Assembly: GCF_006345805.1 (NCBI RefSeq)
Contig: NC_043000.1
Span: 67,890,001 to 67,954,000, forward strand
Reading direction: 5' to 3'
From: Octopus sinensis
Lineage: Eukaryota
DNA: 64,000 nucleotides
Under the pieces are notes generated by a model. That model was not told the DNA's origin, made no database searches, and worked only from the letters and a program-made list of their open reading frames with translations. This document shows positions 10,709 to 22,193 of this stretch, piece after piece. Position numbers and translations under genes: made by a program. Position 1 is the first letter of the stretch. Every line of letters begins with the position of its first letter.

Positions 10709-12139
10709 AAAAAGTGCCACACCCTGGCAGTTGAGGGGACCTGTGGAAGAGGTAGACCCAGGAAAACCTGGGTCGAGGTGGTGAAGCACGACCTTCGAAC
10801 TCTAGGTCTCACCAAGGAAATGACCAGAGACCGAGACCTATGGAAGTATGCTGTGCGTGAGAAGACCCGGCAAGACCAGTGAGAACAATCAAAATCAAAT
10901 CATATATCAGAAAGCAGGGGTTAAGTGACCCATCCGTTCGTGTCCGCTGTCAGCCTCGTCTGGCACCCGTGCCGGTGATACGTAAAAGCACCATTCGCTC
11001 GTGGCCGTTTGCCAGCTCTGCCTGGCCCCGTGTCGGTGGCACGTAAAAGCACCATCCGTTTGTGTTCGTTGCCAGCCTCGCCTGGCCCCGTGCCGGTGAC
11101 ACGTAAAAGCACCATCCGTTCGTGGCCGTTTGCCAGCTCTGTCTGGCAACCGTGTCGGTGGCACGTAAAAGCACCATCCGTTCGTGGCCGTTTGCCAGCT
11201 CTGTCTGGACCCGTGTCGGTGGCACGTAAAAGCACCATCCGTTCGTGTCCGTTGCCAGCCTCGGCTGGCCCCCGTGCCGGTGACACGTAAAAGCACCGTC
11301 CGCTCGTGGCCGTTTGCCAGCTCTGTCTGGCAACCGTGTCGGTGGCACGTAAAAGCACCATCCGTTCGCGTCCGTTATCAGCCTCGGCTGGCCCCCGTGC
11401 TGGTGACACGTAAAAGCACCGTCCGCTCGTGGCCGTTTGCCAGCTCTGTCTGGCAACCGTGTCGGTGGCACGTAAAAGCACCATCCGTTCGCGTCCGTTA
11501 TCAGCCTCGGCTGGCCCCCGTGCTGGTGACACGTAAAAGCACCGTCCGTTCGTGGCCGGTTGCCAGCTCTGTCTGGCCCCGTGTCGGTGGCACGTAAAAG
11601 CACCATCCGTTCGTGTCCGTTGCCAGCGTTGCCTGGCCCCGTGCCGGTGACACGTAAAAGCACCATCCGTTCGTGGCCGTTTGCCAGCTCTGTCTGGCAA
11701 CCGTGTCGGTGGCACGTAAAAGCACCATCCGTTCGCGTCCGTTGCCAGCCTCGGCTGGCCCCCGTGCCGGTGACATGTAAAAGCACCGTCCGTTCGTGGC
11801 CGGTTGCCAGCTCTGTCTGGCCCCGTGTCGGTGGCACGTAAAAGCACCATCCGTTCGTGTCCGTTGCCAGCATCGCCTGGCCCCGTGCCGGTGACACGTA
11901 AAAGCACCATCTGTTTGTGGCCGTTCGCCAGCTCTGTCTGGCACCTGTGCAGGTGGCACGTAAAAAACACCCACTACACTCGCGGAGTGGTTGGCGTTAG
12001 GAAGGGCATCCAGCCGTAGAAACACTGCCAGATCTGACTGGGCCTGACGAAGCCTTCCAGCTTCACAGACCCCGGTTGGCCCGTCCAACCCATGCTAGCA
12101 TGGAAAGCGGATGCTAAACGATGATGATGATGATGATGA
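10709..12139 (+). mobile_element. RTE-LINE 3' end (ORF2 C-terminus, 3'UTR with expanded minisatellite, (GAT)n tail)
   Basis: KCHTLAVEGTCGRGRPRKTWVEVVKHDLRTLGLTKEMTRDRDLWKYAVREKTRQDQ*, then 3'UTR ending ccatgctagcatggaaagcggatgctaaac(gat)n. Confidence 0.85.
10925..11970 (+). repeat. GC-rich minisatellite, 17 units of ~60-62 bp with alternating A/B variants
   Basis: The core cacgtaaaagcacc recurs 17 times between ~10982 and ~11960 at 60-62 bp spacing (one copy catg, the last aaaaacacc). Confidence 0.9.
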
Positions 12140-12140
12140 T

Positions 12141-12173
<33 letters not shown>

Positions 12174-12854
12174 TATATTCATCCACATATATATATACAC
12201 ACACACACACATATATATACACATTCATAACTGGATCCCATGTCTCATTCTATATGTCTATATGTGCTTGATCATCTTTATAAAATCATTCATCTTCATT
12301 TACATTTAGTTTTATGTGTGTCGTCTGTCAGTTTACACACACACACATGCATAGTGTAGTCTTCCTGGCAAATTTAAATCTTGGATATATCAGCATAGAT
12401 TCCTTTCACCGATTCTTTGGTCGCTTTTAGTATATGTAACTCAAGTATACACAGTAGAAGGCCTTGAGTGGAGAGTCAACAGTTGAGATCCACTTATCCA
12501 TGCCATTGGCACTTTCTTCTACAGACCAACTGACATGTCAATAGTTCAAATAGCCTCACAGAGATATAAAAGCTGAGTGATTGTGTTATGATGCAACTCA
12601 TGCTTATTACATCCAAAGTGCATGTATTACTTCCCTAACAATAGTCCATCAAAATGAAAATTAGGCACTGATTTTGTTTCACAATTTAATTAAATTTTTT
12701 TCAAAAAATGAAAAAAAATATTAACTTTGAAATTACATGTAAGTAATTGAATTTATTAAAATATCCCAGCCAATAAAAGCATAGACAATATGAAAAAATA
12801 AAATATCACAAAACAACAATAAACCTTTCAACTGTCAGACCTGTTATTTTTATT

Positions 12855-13460
12855 TTATTGTTTTCTTTTTCCCACTGACTTGGAAATTACTTTAAACTTT
12901 GAAGCTGAAAGAGGAATTGTATCACTGGAATGTGATAGATATTTTTGGTAAACAATTTCTTCATCTTCACAATTTTTCTTTTGTTTCAGTAAGACTTTTT
13001 TGCATTGTTTTTCTACACCTTTTTGTTTAGTATTTGCAATATTATGATCCTTTTTTGGTTTCTCCTTGTTTGTAAAACATTCCAGGAAAGATAACATTTT
13101 TCTTCCAGCTCATATCACAATGTTCTTTTTTCAGAGCTTGTATTAATTTGTTATGTTTACCACCACTTTTAACTAGTTTTGTATCAGTGTCTCCATGATG
13201 ACAATCAGTTTTCTTCATACTGTTATTATGTTTCATTTTCACATCTTTACTGTCATTCACATTTAATTTATTACTGTGATCTTTTGCTTTTTGCTTTTAC
13301 CTTATAGCATCATTTACATTTGTCTTATTCAGTTTATTTATGGAATTTGAGGTAATTATTTTGTATAAACCTTCTTTCAATTCACAATCAAGCATTAAGT
13401 GAGTGATATCAAGTAATACAAAGTTTCTTGACACATTGTCTCTGTCTGCATTCACATTTT
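12855..13460 (-). pseudogene. Lys/Asn-rich coding-like stretch with an in-frame stop and a frameshift; product unknown
   Basis: The frame of ORF 13042-13260 extends upstream through TAA 13297-13299 to ATG 13395. It overlaps ORF 12855-13097 in another frame. No domain recognised. Confidence 0.25.
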
Positions 13461-13599
13461 AGTAAACGGTACATATATGCAGACCTTATATTAGCTTTGT
13501 AAATGGCCTAGCAACTGGTCAAAGCTGAGTGATTTCCTGGCTCTAACAAGAAATCCTAGTCTTTGTGAAATAGTTTTGATATTCTTATATAGTATATGT

Positions 13600-13920
13600 G
13601 AAAGCACATGACTCAAATGGTTAAAGTGTCGGGCTCACAATTATGAGGTAGTGAGTTTGCTGTGTTCTTCAGCAAGACACTTTATTTCACATTGCTCTAG
13701 TTCACTCAGCTGTAGAAAAGAGTTGTGATGTTACTGGTGCCAAGCTGCTTCAACCTTTACGTTTCCTTTGGACCAGTGGCATGGAGAGGGGAGGCTGGTA
13801 TGCATGGGTGACTGCCGGTTTTCCATAAACAACCTTGCTTGGACTTGTACCTCAGAGGATAACTTTCTAGGTGCAATCCCATGGTCATTCATGACCAAAG
13901 GGGTTCTTCACCCTTTACTA
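13600..13920 (+). mobile_element. tRNA-derived SINE (second family), degraded
   Basis: tRNA-like head (gactcaaatggttaaagtgtcgggctcacaa), core gcaagacactttatttcac, tail ccatggtcattcatgaccaaagggg; recognised from memory. Confidence 0.55.
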
Positions 13921-14419
13921 TATATGTATGCGACCACCATAAGAGATCATCAGAAATTGTGAGACCTGATATTTGTTCTGAATTTAAGGTTTTTAGCTAT
14001 GTGTTGTTCACAGCTAGAGAGAAAGGGACTCTAGACTATTTTCAAGACATGTTTAGTAATTGAGTATGTATGCTGTTGAAAGGACTTGGCTGCCATATCC
14101 CCATTAAAGAATACTCAAAACATCTTTATTTAAGTAGCAGTATAAATGTTTAGGTTGCAAGTATAAAGTTACATAGTAGTAGTAGTAGTAGTATCATCAG
14201 CATCAAAATCTGCCTTGGATGTGACGGGAAATGGGCCATTGATATTCAGAAAGAATATGGTGAAGATGACCAGGGAGTGTGAATAACTCAGTGCAAACAT
14301 CACTTTACCTTTTTTTTTTTTTTGCCAATGTTTATATTTATCATCAATATACATTATACACACACACATACAGAGAAACATACTTATATGATGATGATCA
14401 TCTTTTTACAACAGCTTTT

Positions 14420-15480
14420 CCACACTTTTAGTGTCTCAACATTTGTTAGATTCTTTTATCATCTCATTTGTGGGGTTCAACATCTTGAGATTAGCTTTAA
14501 CCACTGTTGTTCATGTCTTCTTTGGTCTTCCTCTTTTACAGTTTTCTTCCACTTCGATATTCTGGCACATCACTCATCTATTACACTACCTGTCCACTCC
14601 AATGCAGTCTTATATCTTGTATATCTAGTTTATCTTACAGCTGATAACATTACACATTCAGTGAAATATGCTTGCTTCATTTCTCTCCAACCTTTGCACG
14701 TCTTGTGTTCAGTGCCTACATCTCACTAACTTGCAGTGTTACATTTCATATACAGCAACATACAGAGCACCTTTGATTCATAGAATCCCCTTATTGCCTG
14801 CTGAGGTAATAACTCCTTGAACATGCTTCCACTGTTGATTAGGTTGTCTAGGTAAGAGAAGCTATCAACTACTTCTATAGCGTCTTCCATGTATTGAAAG
14901 AAACTACCCCAACTATTCCTGTACATCTGCTACATACAAAGTGTTTATTCACCTTCAACCTGTCAGTGATCCTTGTACAGTACATCTCTTGTACACTAAA
15001 AATTCATATAGTGTACAGTGTAAGAACTTCTTATCTATCTCTTTTCTGCATATCAAGCATGGCCACTTCTCTGATGGTAGCAGAATTACATCTTCTTCCC
15101 TACTAACTAAAACTCTGAACTTCAAGTTTACCCTGAGGCCTTTTGATTCTATGTTTAACCCTTTCATTACCAGCCCGGCTGAAACTGGCTCTGACTCTGT
15201 AGTACAAATATCTTGTTTTCATAAGTTTTGAATTAAAATCTTCTACCAAACATTAGTCACGATTTATGTTCCTAACATTAGCTTAATGATAACTAAGTTA
15301 TTTCACCAAATTCTTTGCTGTATTTAAAATTAATTGAAAGAAATACAGAACATCTCAAAATAAATACAGTAACGGAAGGGTTAACTTCCATTATAGAATA
15401 ATTACTTTTCTAAATCTGTCAGATTCTGCTGTAAGGATTAGGTCTTCAGCATATAGAAGCTCCTATAGACAGCCAGACTT
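14420..15480 (-). mobile_element. RTE-LINE RT/C-terminal remnant interrupted by a MITE
   Basis: IESKGLRVNLK...KWPCLICRK, EVVDSFSYL; homologous to 25437-25871. Confidence 0.65.
15159..15380. mobile_element. piggyBac-type MITE (TTAA TSD, CCCTT termini)
   Basis: TTAA-ccctttcattacc ... agtaacggaaggg-TTAA (TTAA at 15155-15158 and 15381-15384). Removal restores the RTE sequence. Reverse-orientation homolog at 27629-27847. Confidence 0.8.
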
Positions 15481-16132
15481 AGTTATTAGAGAACTATAAT
15501 AAATAGCAAAGGGTTGATAATCATGCTTTAGAAACATTTACTTGCACACTAAATTACTGAGTTCATTGATAATTCACACTTTGCTGATAGCATCCATATA
15601 GAACGTTTGCACGTTCATCCAGTTTTCTTAAAGACTATCAGACTACAAATTGTGGTCCTCTGTCAATGCCCTTCTCAACAAATGCTAAGTTGCGAGGTTT
15701 ATTTTTGGCCAAGAAAAACACACACACACATACACCCGTGTGCGCACGTACGTGTGTACGTGTGCGAAAAGTTTCTGCACAGTTTATGACTACCAAATTC
15801 CACTTACAGAATATTGGTCAGCCCTGAATTAGGGTATGAAATGCTGTACAGTGACACTGAAATTCAGAACCATATGGTTACTAAGTAAACTCCATGTACC
15901 ACTTCGCATGCATTAATCTATGACCTTGATTTAACTCACGACATCCCTCAATACTAAGACCATAGAGCCTTTGTACCTTCTTGAGAGAAAAACTCCTTGA
16001 TATTATCAACTACAAATAGAAAACATTTCTGCTTCTTTAGTAAATTCCAATATTTTGAACAATTTTGTCTTCGTTCATTATCAAGAGCTATGTGTATGTG
16101 CTCAGATTGTATTAAAGAACAGTCGCATTTTT

Positions 16133-16534
16133 GGGAACTTTTCGGTTTGAACGGCAGTTTTTTCTAGCGGTGTCATATGAAATTGTCACCCATAATTATG
16201 ACCCTAGTATCAATCTATTGCATTTCAATCTGTTTTAGGGTTAGGGATGGGGGGAAGGGTATCTTTTTTTCTTCACAAATGTAAATAAACCCAATCTGTT
16301 TCTTAAACGAGGGACATATTTATACGGCACAGAATGTTTTTTACCTCAATAGACGTCAGTGTTTGGTTGAAATTGCAGAAAAAAAAACAAATATCTTACA
16401 AACTATAGAATTTTCTCAATAAAGCCAATAGAAAAAGATGTTTTATAAACACATTCTACCAGTATATGAAGTTTAAAATTTTTTAGTTACCTAGAAATTA
16501 TGTTAAAAACTGCCGTTCAAACCGAAAAGATCCC
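16133..16534. mobile_element. MITE with ~29-bp TIRs and apparent 6-bp TSD (ATTTTT)
   Basis: gggaacttttcggtttgaacggcagtttt ... aaaactgccgttcaaaccgaaaagatccc; ATTTTT at 16127-16132 and 16535-16540; internal ttttagggttaggg. Confidence 0.85.
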
Positions 16535-18225
16535 ATTTTTGCAACAATAAAGAAGTACAAATTTCTTTTATTAAAGATAATCCTAGGAATATATGAGTAA
16601 CAAGATACCTTTCTATGATCCGCAAAAACTTTTCCGTGATCGCTGGAGCTGAGAAAAAAAGGGAGCTAAATCACCGTCGGATCACACCCTACTAAGGGCG
16701 CACGCTAGATTATCCTAGATAACCTTTAAACAGATTTGATGGTCACGGATGTAATGTCTTTGTCGTAGATTTACTTGATCAGAGATAAGGTGGAACTAAA
16801 ATACAACAACAATTAATTTATTCACTCCGGAGGAATGACAGGCAAAGATGACTTAGTCGTGTTTGAACTGAAAACGTAGATAGGCCTAATTAAATGTTGC
16901 CGGCCATTTGTGTTATCACCAGGTTAGCCTTGATCGAGTAGACACATAGACAAATATCATCTGTCATCCAGCTTCTGTCCTTTTTATTCTCGGGGATAAA
17001 GACTGTCCGATAAGTCCTGATTAATTCAATACGCTAAAATATAATTTGAAGGATATTAGACTTGTTTCTAGCAGGTGAAATGACACGAAGAGGGCCGTAC
17101 GGAAAGACTTCCGTTCCCCTCCCCATTTTCTCCGAATTTTTTTTGCCAAGTGTTTAGTCCGGTACTGCAGAGCATTTTCTGTTATTCCATCATTGTCATA
17201 TACATAACAATAGTTTCTGTTAATTAACAAAGTACAAAAACCTGAGAATTTATAGTGGTAAATGAGAGATGGCGTTTGCGCCTTTCGGAGGACGAACAGT
17301 ATGAATAGAATCAATGACCAGTCAAACCACGCAACAATCTCGGTTTGCTTGGAGCTCATCTTACGGCCTTACCAAAGTCTCGAAGAAATTAAAATTTCTA
17401 TAACAATTATTCATGAAGCAGAATACAAACTGAAAGATCTCGAACAAAATGCTCCTTTTTAGATTATTTATCATTAACTTTATATTATATATGAAACGAA
17501 ATTTTTAAAAATACGATTTATTTTAATAAATCAATAAAATTTAAGCTTTCTCGTTAAAACCTGTATTTTGATATTCAAACAAGTTCATAGGTTGCTGTTA
17601 TTTTTTAATTATCTTTTTAAGAAAACATTTTGTAGTTAATGCTCTGAGAATATATTGCAAGTTATAGTTTACATCATACAGCCAACCTTTTTAAGATCCT
17701 TTCAAGGTTCCTTTTCCTGTCTTTGAAAATGTTCGTGATACTGTATTTAATTCAATGCATACATATGTGCGTGTAGTTGCATACTTCATACTTATCGGAG
17801 ACGTGTATATCTTGAATATTCTAAATTAAATAGGTTTCAATTCACATGGGTCAAATTTATAATAAGAAACTGGGGAAAGAAGGAGGAAGAAACGTTTTGA
17901 AAGGAAAATGTATCGGAGATAAATGTATTTTCGAATAAAAATTATTTGTAGGTTATTAATGAAAGAAATACTCCCACTTTTATACAGATGTGTAATTTAG
18001 TAATCAGCAACGATTTTAACAAATTATAGCCACAATTTGATTAGTAAACATTTTGGAAAGTAATATCTAGAGGAAAAAATCTGTTTTAATAATTTCCAAA
18101 ATTAATTTTAATAATTCTAATACGTAACTTCCGCCTTAAAATGCCACTACACACGAACCAGGTAATGTCACAAGAAACCATCTGAAAAAGGGGAAGAAAA
18201 GTGAAATTAAAAAGAAATAAATAAA

Positions 18226-18333
18226 TCTACAATATCTCCCATAATTCATCTATTGCACTGGAGGGTTGTTTGCTTGTTCATGTCTCAGCTCCATAGTTTG
18301 GAGCGAGGTGTTATAATATGCCCAAGATGAAAG
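18226..18333 (+). CDS. Putative first exon (5'UTR plus coding 18318-18333, MPKMK-G, phase-1 donor), paralogous to eIF1A exon 1
   Basis: taatATGCCCAAGATGAAAG|gtaa versus eIF1A taatATGCCAAAGAATAAAG|gtaa (21/24). The 5'UTR block 18226-18255 aligns with 52583-52615 (28/33 columns). Confidence 0.65.
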
Positions 18334-20274
18334 GTAACGTACAGTTAGCATGTAACAGTTGCCTGTAAGAATGTAACATGTTCGGTGATTTTGGCTGCTA
18401 CATTTGCCTTCTGCTTGCCGTGCATTTCCTCGTGGATTTATGTGTTGTATGTTTGCTTTGTACTACAAATCTTCCCGTCGAAAAAATAGAACAGTGCTGC
18501 ATAGGCAGCCTGTGAATTAATTCTCTGTCTTTAATAATAATACTTTTGCAATACACGACTTTAAAAAGGGTACATTTTTTTTAGCTAGTTTTAATTATAA
18601 GTTCATACATATGTTTAATGTTTTAATAATTAAAATAACTGTTCTTGTCTATGCTTTTTCTTTTTTTTTTTTCTGGAATGGCCTAATTGCTAGTCTGGGA
18701 ACGTACTCTTGCTAATGTTCTGTAAAATAATTAACAACCATGCTTTTTATCGAACTAACAATTCCAATAATCCTATATCTTATACTTGAAGAAATCAGAA
18801 GTAATTATTGTAATTTCTTCTTTTAGTATGTACTATAACCAAACATATTTTCAATAACTTAAGCTGTTTGCTCCGTGAAAATGTTCAATATACCATCGTG
18901 TAGCCATACATCATTCCTTTGCGCATCTTGCGAAAATACTGTATTTTTCTAACGAAATATTCAAAATTGGTTGTTTGTTTTTTGATTAAACTGTCTATTC
19001 TTATTATTTTTAACTGTAAGCTTATTTTGCATTCTAAAACTCATTTTTATAAGAAATCTGACGTAATTGATTCTTGTAAATTACCAAATAATCGGTAAAA
19101 ATATTTCATTGCTTGTACATGCCTTTTCTCACTGATATTTGTCATGCTATTTATTGGATTAATATTATCGTTAATCGGGAAATTTAATTGTTAAGCTTAT
19201 TTTTTGATTAACAATAAAATGAGTATCTTAATTTTGATTCATAATTCTATACCAACACCTATGGTTTTTCTATATTCCTCGATTTTCCAATCTAACCCGA
19301 TGAATTACTTACTGTTACTCTTTTGCCGACTCAATTCACTGTTAATTTTCTCGGATTGTTTTACAAAATTATTTGCCGGTCAAAATAGTTTTTTGTGATG
19401 TAAGCTTAGATAAACGCCTTATTCGTTATGGGAACACCTGTTCCCTATCTAAGTGTAGATTTTAATCATTTAAATGTGTCTTGGTACAAGCTGCTTGATA
19501 ACTGCTAAATGTTTTTTGACTGCTAAGGGTTGCTGTAGGTAAGTATTTATAAGCTATTGGAATTGAACTGAATACTTCATATTTATACCGTTTATTTTCT
19601 CGGGGGGGTGTGCGAGAAAAAGAGAATTTGAGTCCAGCTATGTAAGCTAACGAAACGTTTCGCCAGTCACGGAGTGCTTAACGCCTGTTGTTTACAGTGG
19701 TGATTTTTTTTTCACCTCTCTGGTTACGTAGGCTGACCAATTAAGCACTCGCTGGTTTGCCTGTAGCAAGACTATAGACACAAAAAGGTCGTGTAATCCA
19801 CCGGAATGGTCGTCTGTAACTTGTGAGATCATTAAACCAACGTTATAATACGACTGACCTCAGGTAACGAGTCGACATAATGCTAAAATTTCAATTTAGC
19901 AGTAAAAACATTTAAAAGTATCTATGATGCGAAGCACCAAAGTTAAGCAAACTTGAATGTATAGATATTATAAGCTTAAAAATTATATTTGTTTTTGAAA
20001 TATCTTTAATTATTTCATTAAATAATTAAAAAAAATTATTCCATTATTTTAGTAAAGCAAAGAAAACAATATCTTGTTGAGGTTTCTATTCAATTTATTT
20101 TCCGATAGGAACTCAGTCTTACCCATTAAATTTTAGTGTGTAACAATTCAGCACCGATAGGTTTATGAGATTAACAAAAAACAATAGCTGTGGTTTCAAC
20201 CAATTAGTTCTGATGAGTTGCTAATCAAATTCCCTCCCTATTTATATTCAAGTTTAAATGTTAGTAGGTATCGT

Positions 20275-20376
20275 CGGCAGAGGTAAAGAAATACGCACAC
20301 CATCCATTTTCGGTGTAACTCTAAACTCTAGTCCTAACCCCAAACTCCGGGTGTGCATATTCTTTACCTTCGCTGG
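20275..20376. repeat. Small fold-back with degenerate (CCCTAA)-like spacer
   Basis: aggtaaagaaatacgcacacc (20281-20301) pairs with ggtgtgcatattctttacct (20350-20369); spacer contains ctaaactctagtcctaaccccaaac. Confidence 0.6.
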
Positions 20377-22133
20377 TAACGTCATTGTTTCCTTTCGCCA
20401 AATTAAATTATATTAAATATATTTGTAAAATGAGCACACATAACAGCAGAGTACAGATAGATATATCATATACCATAAAAAAAAAATTCTTGATTTCTAT
20501 GAATTATCTTCACCTCTAGAGGATGTGTTTTGGCCCCTACCTTCATACTGTATCTCCCTCTCTACTGTATCCCATTCAGTCAAAGGGGTTCATAGTCTTG
20601 CAGATCTCACATTTTTGTTTCCAATAAAAGGACATAGTGCAATAGAAAATATACCAAAGCAAAGACTGAGGCACTGTGCAGTCCTTTCACCCATTGTATT
20701 CTGTCAAACCATCCAATACATGCCAGTCGTGAAGATAGATGTTACATGATGATGTTTTATATATCATCATCATCATCCTCATTTAATATTCATTTTCCAT
20801 ACTGACATGAGTTGGATGATTTCATTGGAGCTGGTAAGACCAAGGGCCATACCAGGCTCCATTGTCTGTTCTGGTATGGTTTCTGCAACTGGATGCCCTT
20901 CCTAACACTAACCACTCCACAGAGCATATTGGGTGCTTTTTATGTGGCATCAACACCAGTATCAATTCTGCTGTGTACTTCTTTGAGTACAGCAATGTGC
21001 CATGTATCTCAGTCCTTAGTCATCTCCTTTGTAAGGCTCAGTGTCTTGAGATCAGCCTTCAGTACTTTATTCTGGGTCTCCCTCCTCCACATGTTCAATC
21101 CACTTAGACACACTCACACACCATGTGGTTTTGTATTCAGTTCAGCTGCATAGTACCGTGGGCAAGAGTCTTCTATTATAACCTCAAGCCAATCCAAACC
21201 TTGTGGGTAGATTTTGTAGTTCATCCTTTGTGTGCATGTGTACCTTTTGTCTTGACATCACGTAATTGTTGTAAATGAGCATCATCTTCATAAAAGCAAT
21301 CTTATTTTGTTTCCAGTCTTCTATGAATTTTTTTTTTTTTTGACCATGAGAAGTATTACCTTGTTTGAAAACAGGTCAGAGTTGGTGGCAGGAATGGCAT
21401 CTGGTGGTAAAAAAGATGTCTCTTCAAATTCTGTCTGACCCATACAAGCATGGAAAAGTGGACATTAAATTATTAAATGAAAATTGTATATGTATTTTAA
21501 ATAATTGATAGGAAAGACAGTGTACTATTATCTTTACAGACCATTTTATAGACCGGACAGGATAGGTATTAGAGTTGCTTTGTTTGCTGTAAGATTAGAT
21601 AACCCTCACCTTCCCATGGTATATTCATTCACTCAAGGTTTTGTAACTGAGGTGAAGAGGAGAAAGTTATGACAGTAAAACCAAAATGGTTTGTGGAAGG
21701 AAACAGGAGTGTTTAGGAGATTGTAATTAGGTTTTGGTGAAATTAATGTTGCAGTGTATTTTGCATTTGAAAGTAGTGGACTTGTAATTGAAGTACTTAT
21801 TCTGCTCTGGTGTTTGGTGTGGAGGAACATCTTGTTGGGATGAAAGGTTGACATAGTTCAGTTAAGGGAGTAATTGGTGAAGTTGGTGGGAGCTTCATAC
21901 AAATTGACTTTGCTTAGTGGTTCACATATATATATATATTTCTGCTCACCTCAGCCATGTAACCACACACATGCCTTTTGTAAACTTCTTTTCTGGACCT
22001 TTCCTTCCTCCTTTTTCTGATGAAGAGCTATGTTTGAAATGTAAAAAACTCCACACTTTTTTCCACTTTTACTGACCATCAAGCTAATATGTTCCATATA
22101 TATTGTTTTGATATTTTTAATATTTGATTTGAC

Positions 22134-22192
<59 letters not shown>

Positions 22193-22193
<1 letters not shown>

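Noticed and set aside
10907-12088. Long overlapping ORFs (349, 315, 195 aa) and a superficially CRISPR-like repeat array
   Set aside because: The ORFs are by-products of a stop-poor GC-rich minisatellite. Units are contiguous with no unique spacers, no cas genes are present, and the array lies in a LINE 3'UTR.
17021-17462. ORFs of 112 aa (-) and 66 aa (+) in the CpG-rich zone
   Set aside because: No recognisable domain or good splice signals; could be the 5' region of a gene but cannot be supported.
19520-19545. Consensus donor ag|gtaagt downstream of the duplicated exon
   Set aside because: No convincing acceptor or frame-preserving exon could be defined.
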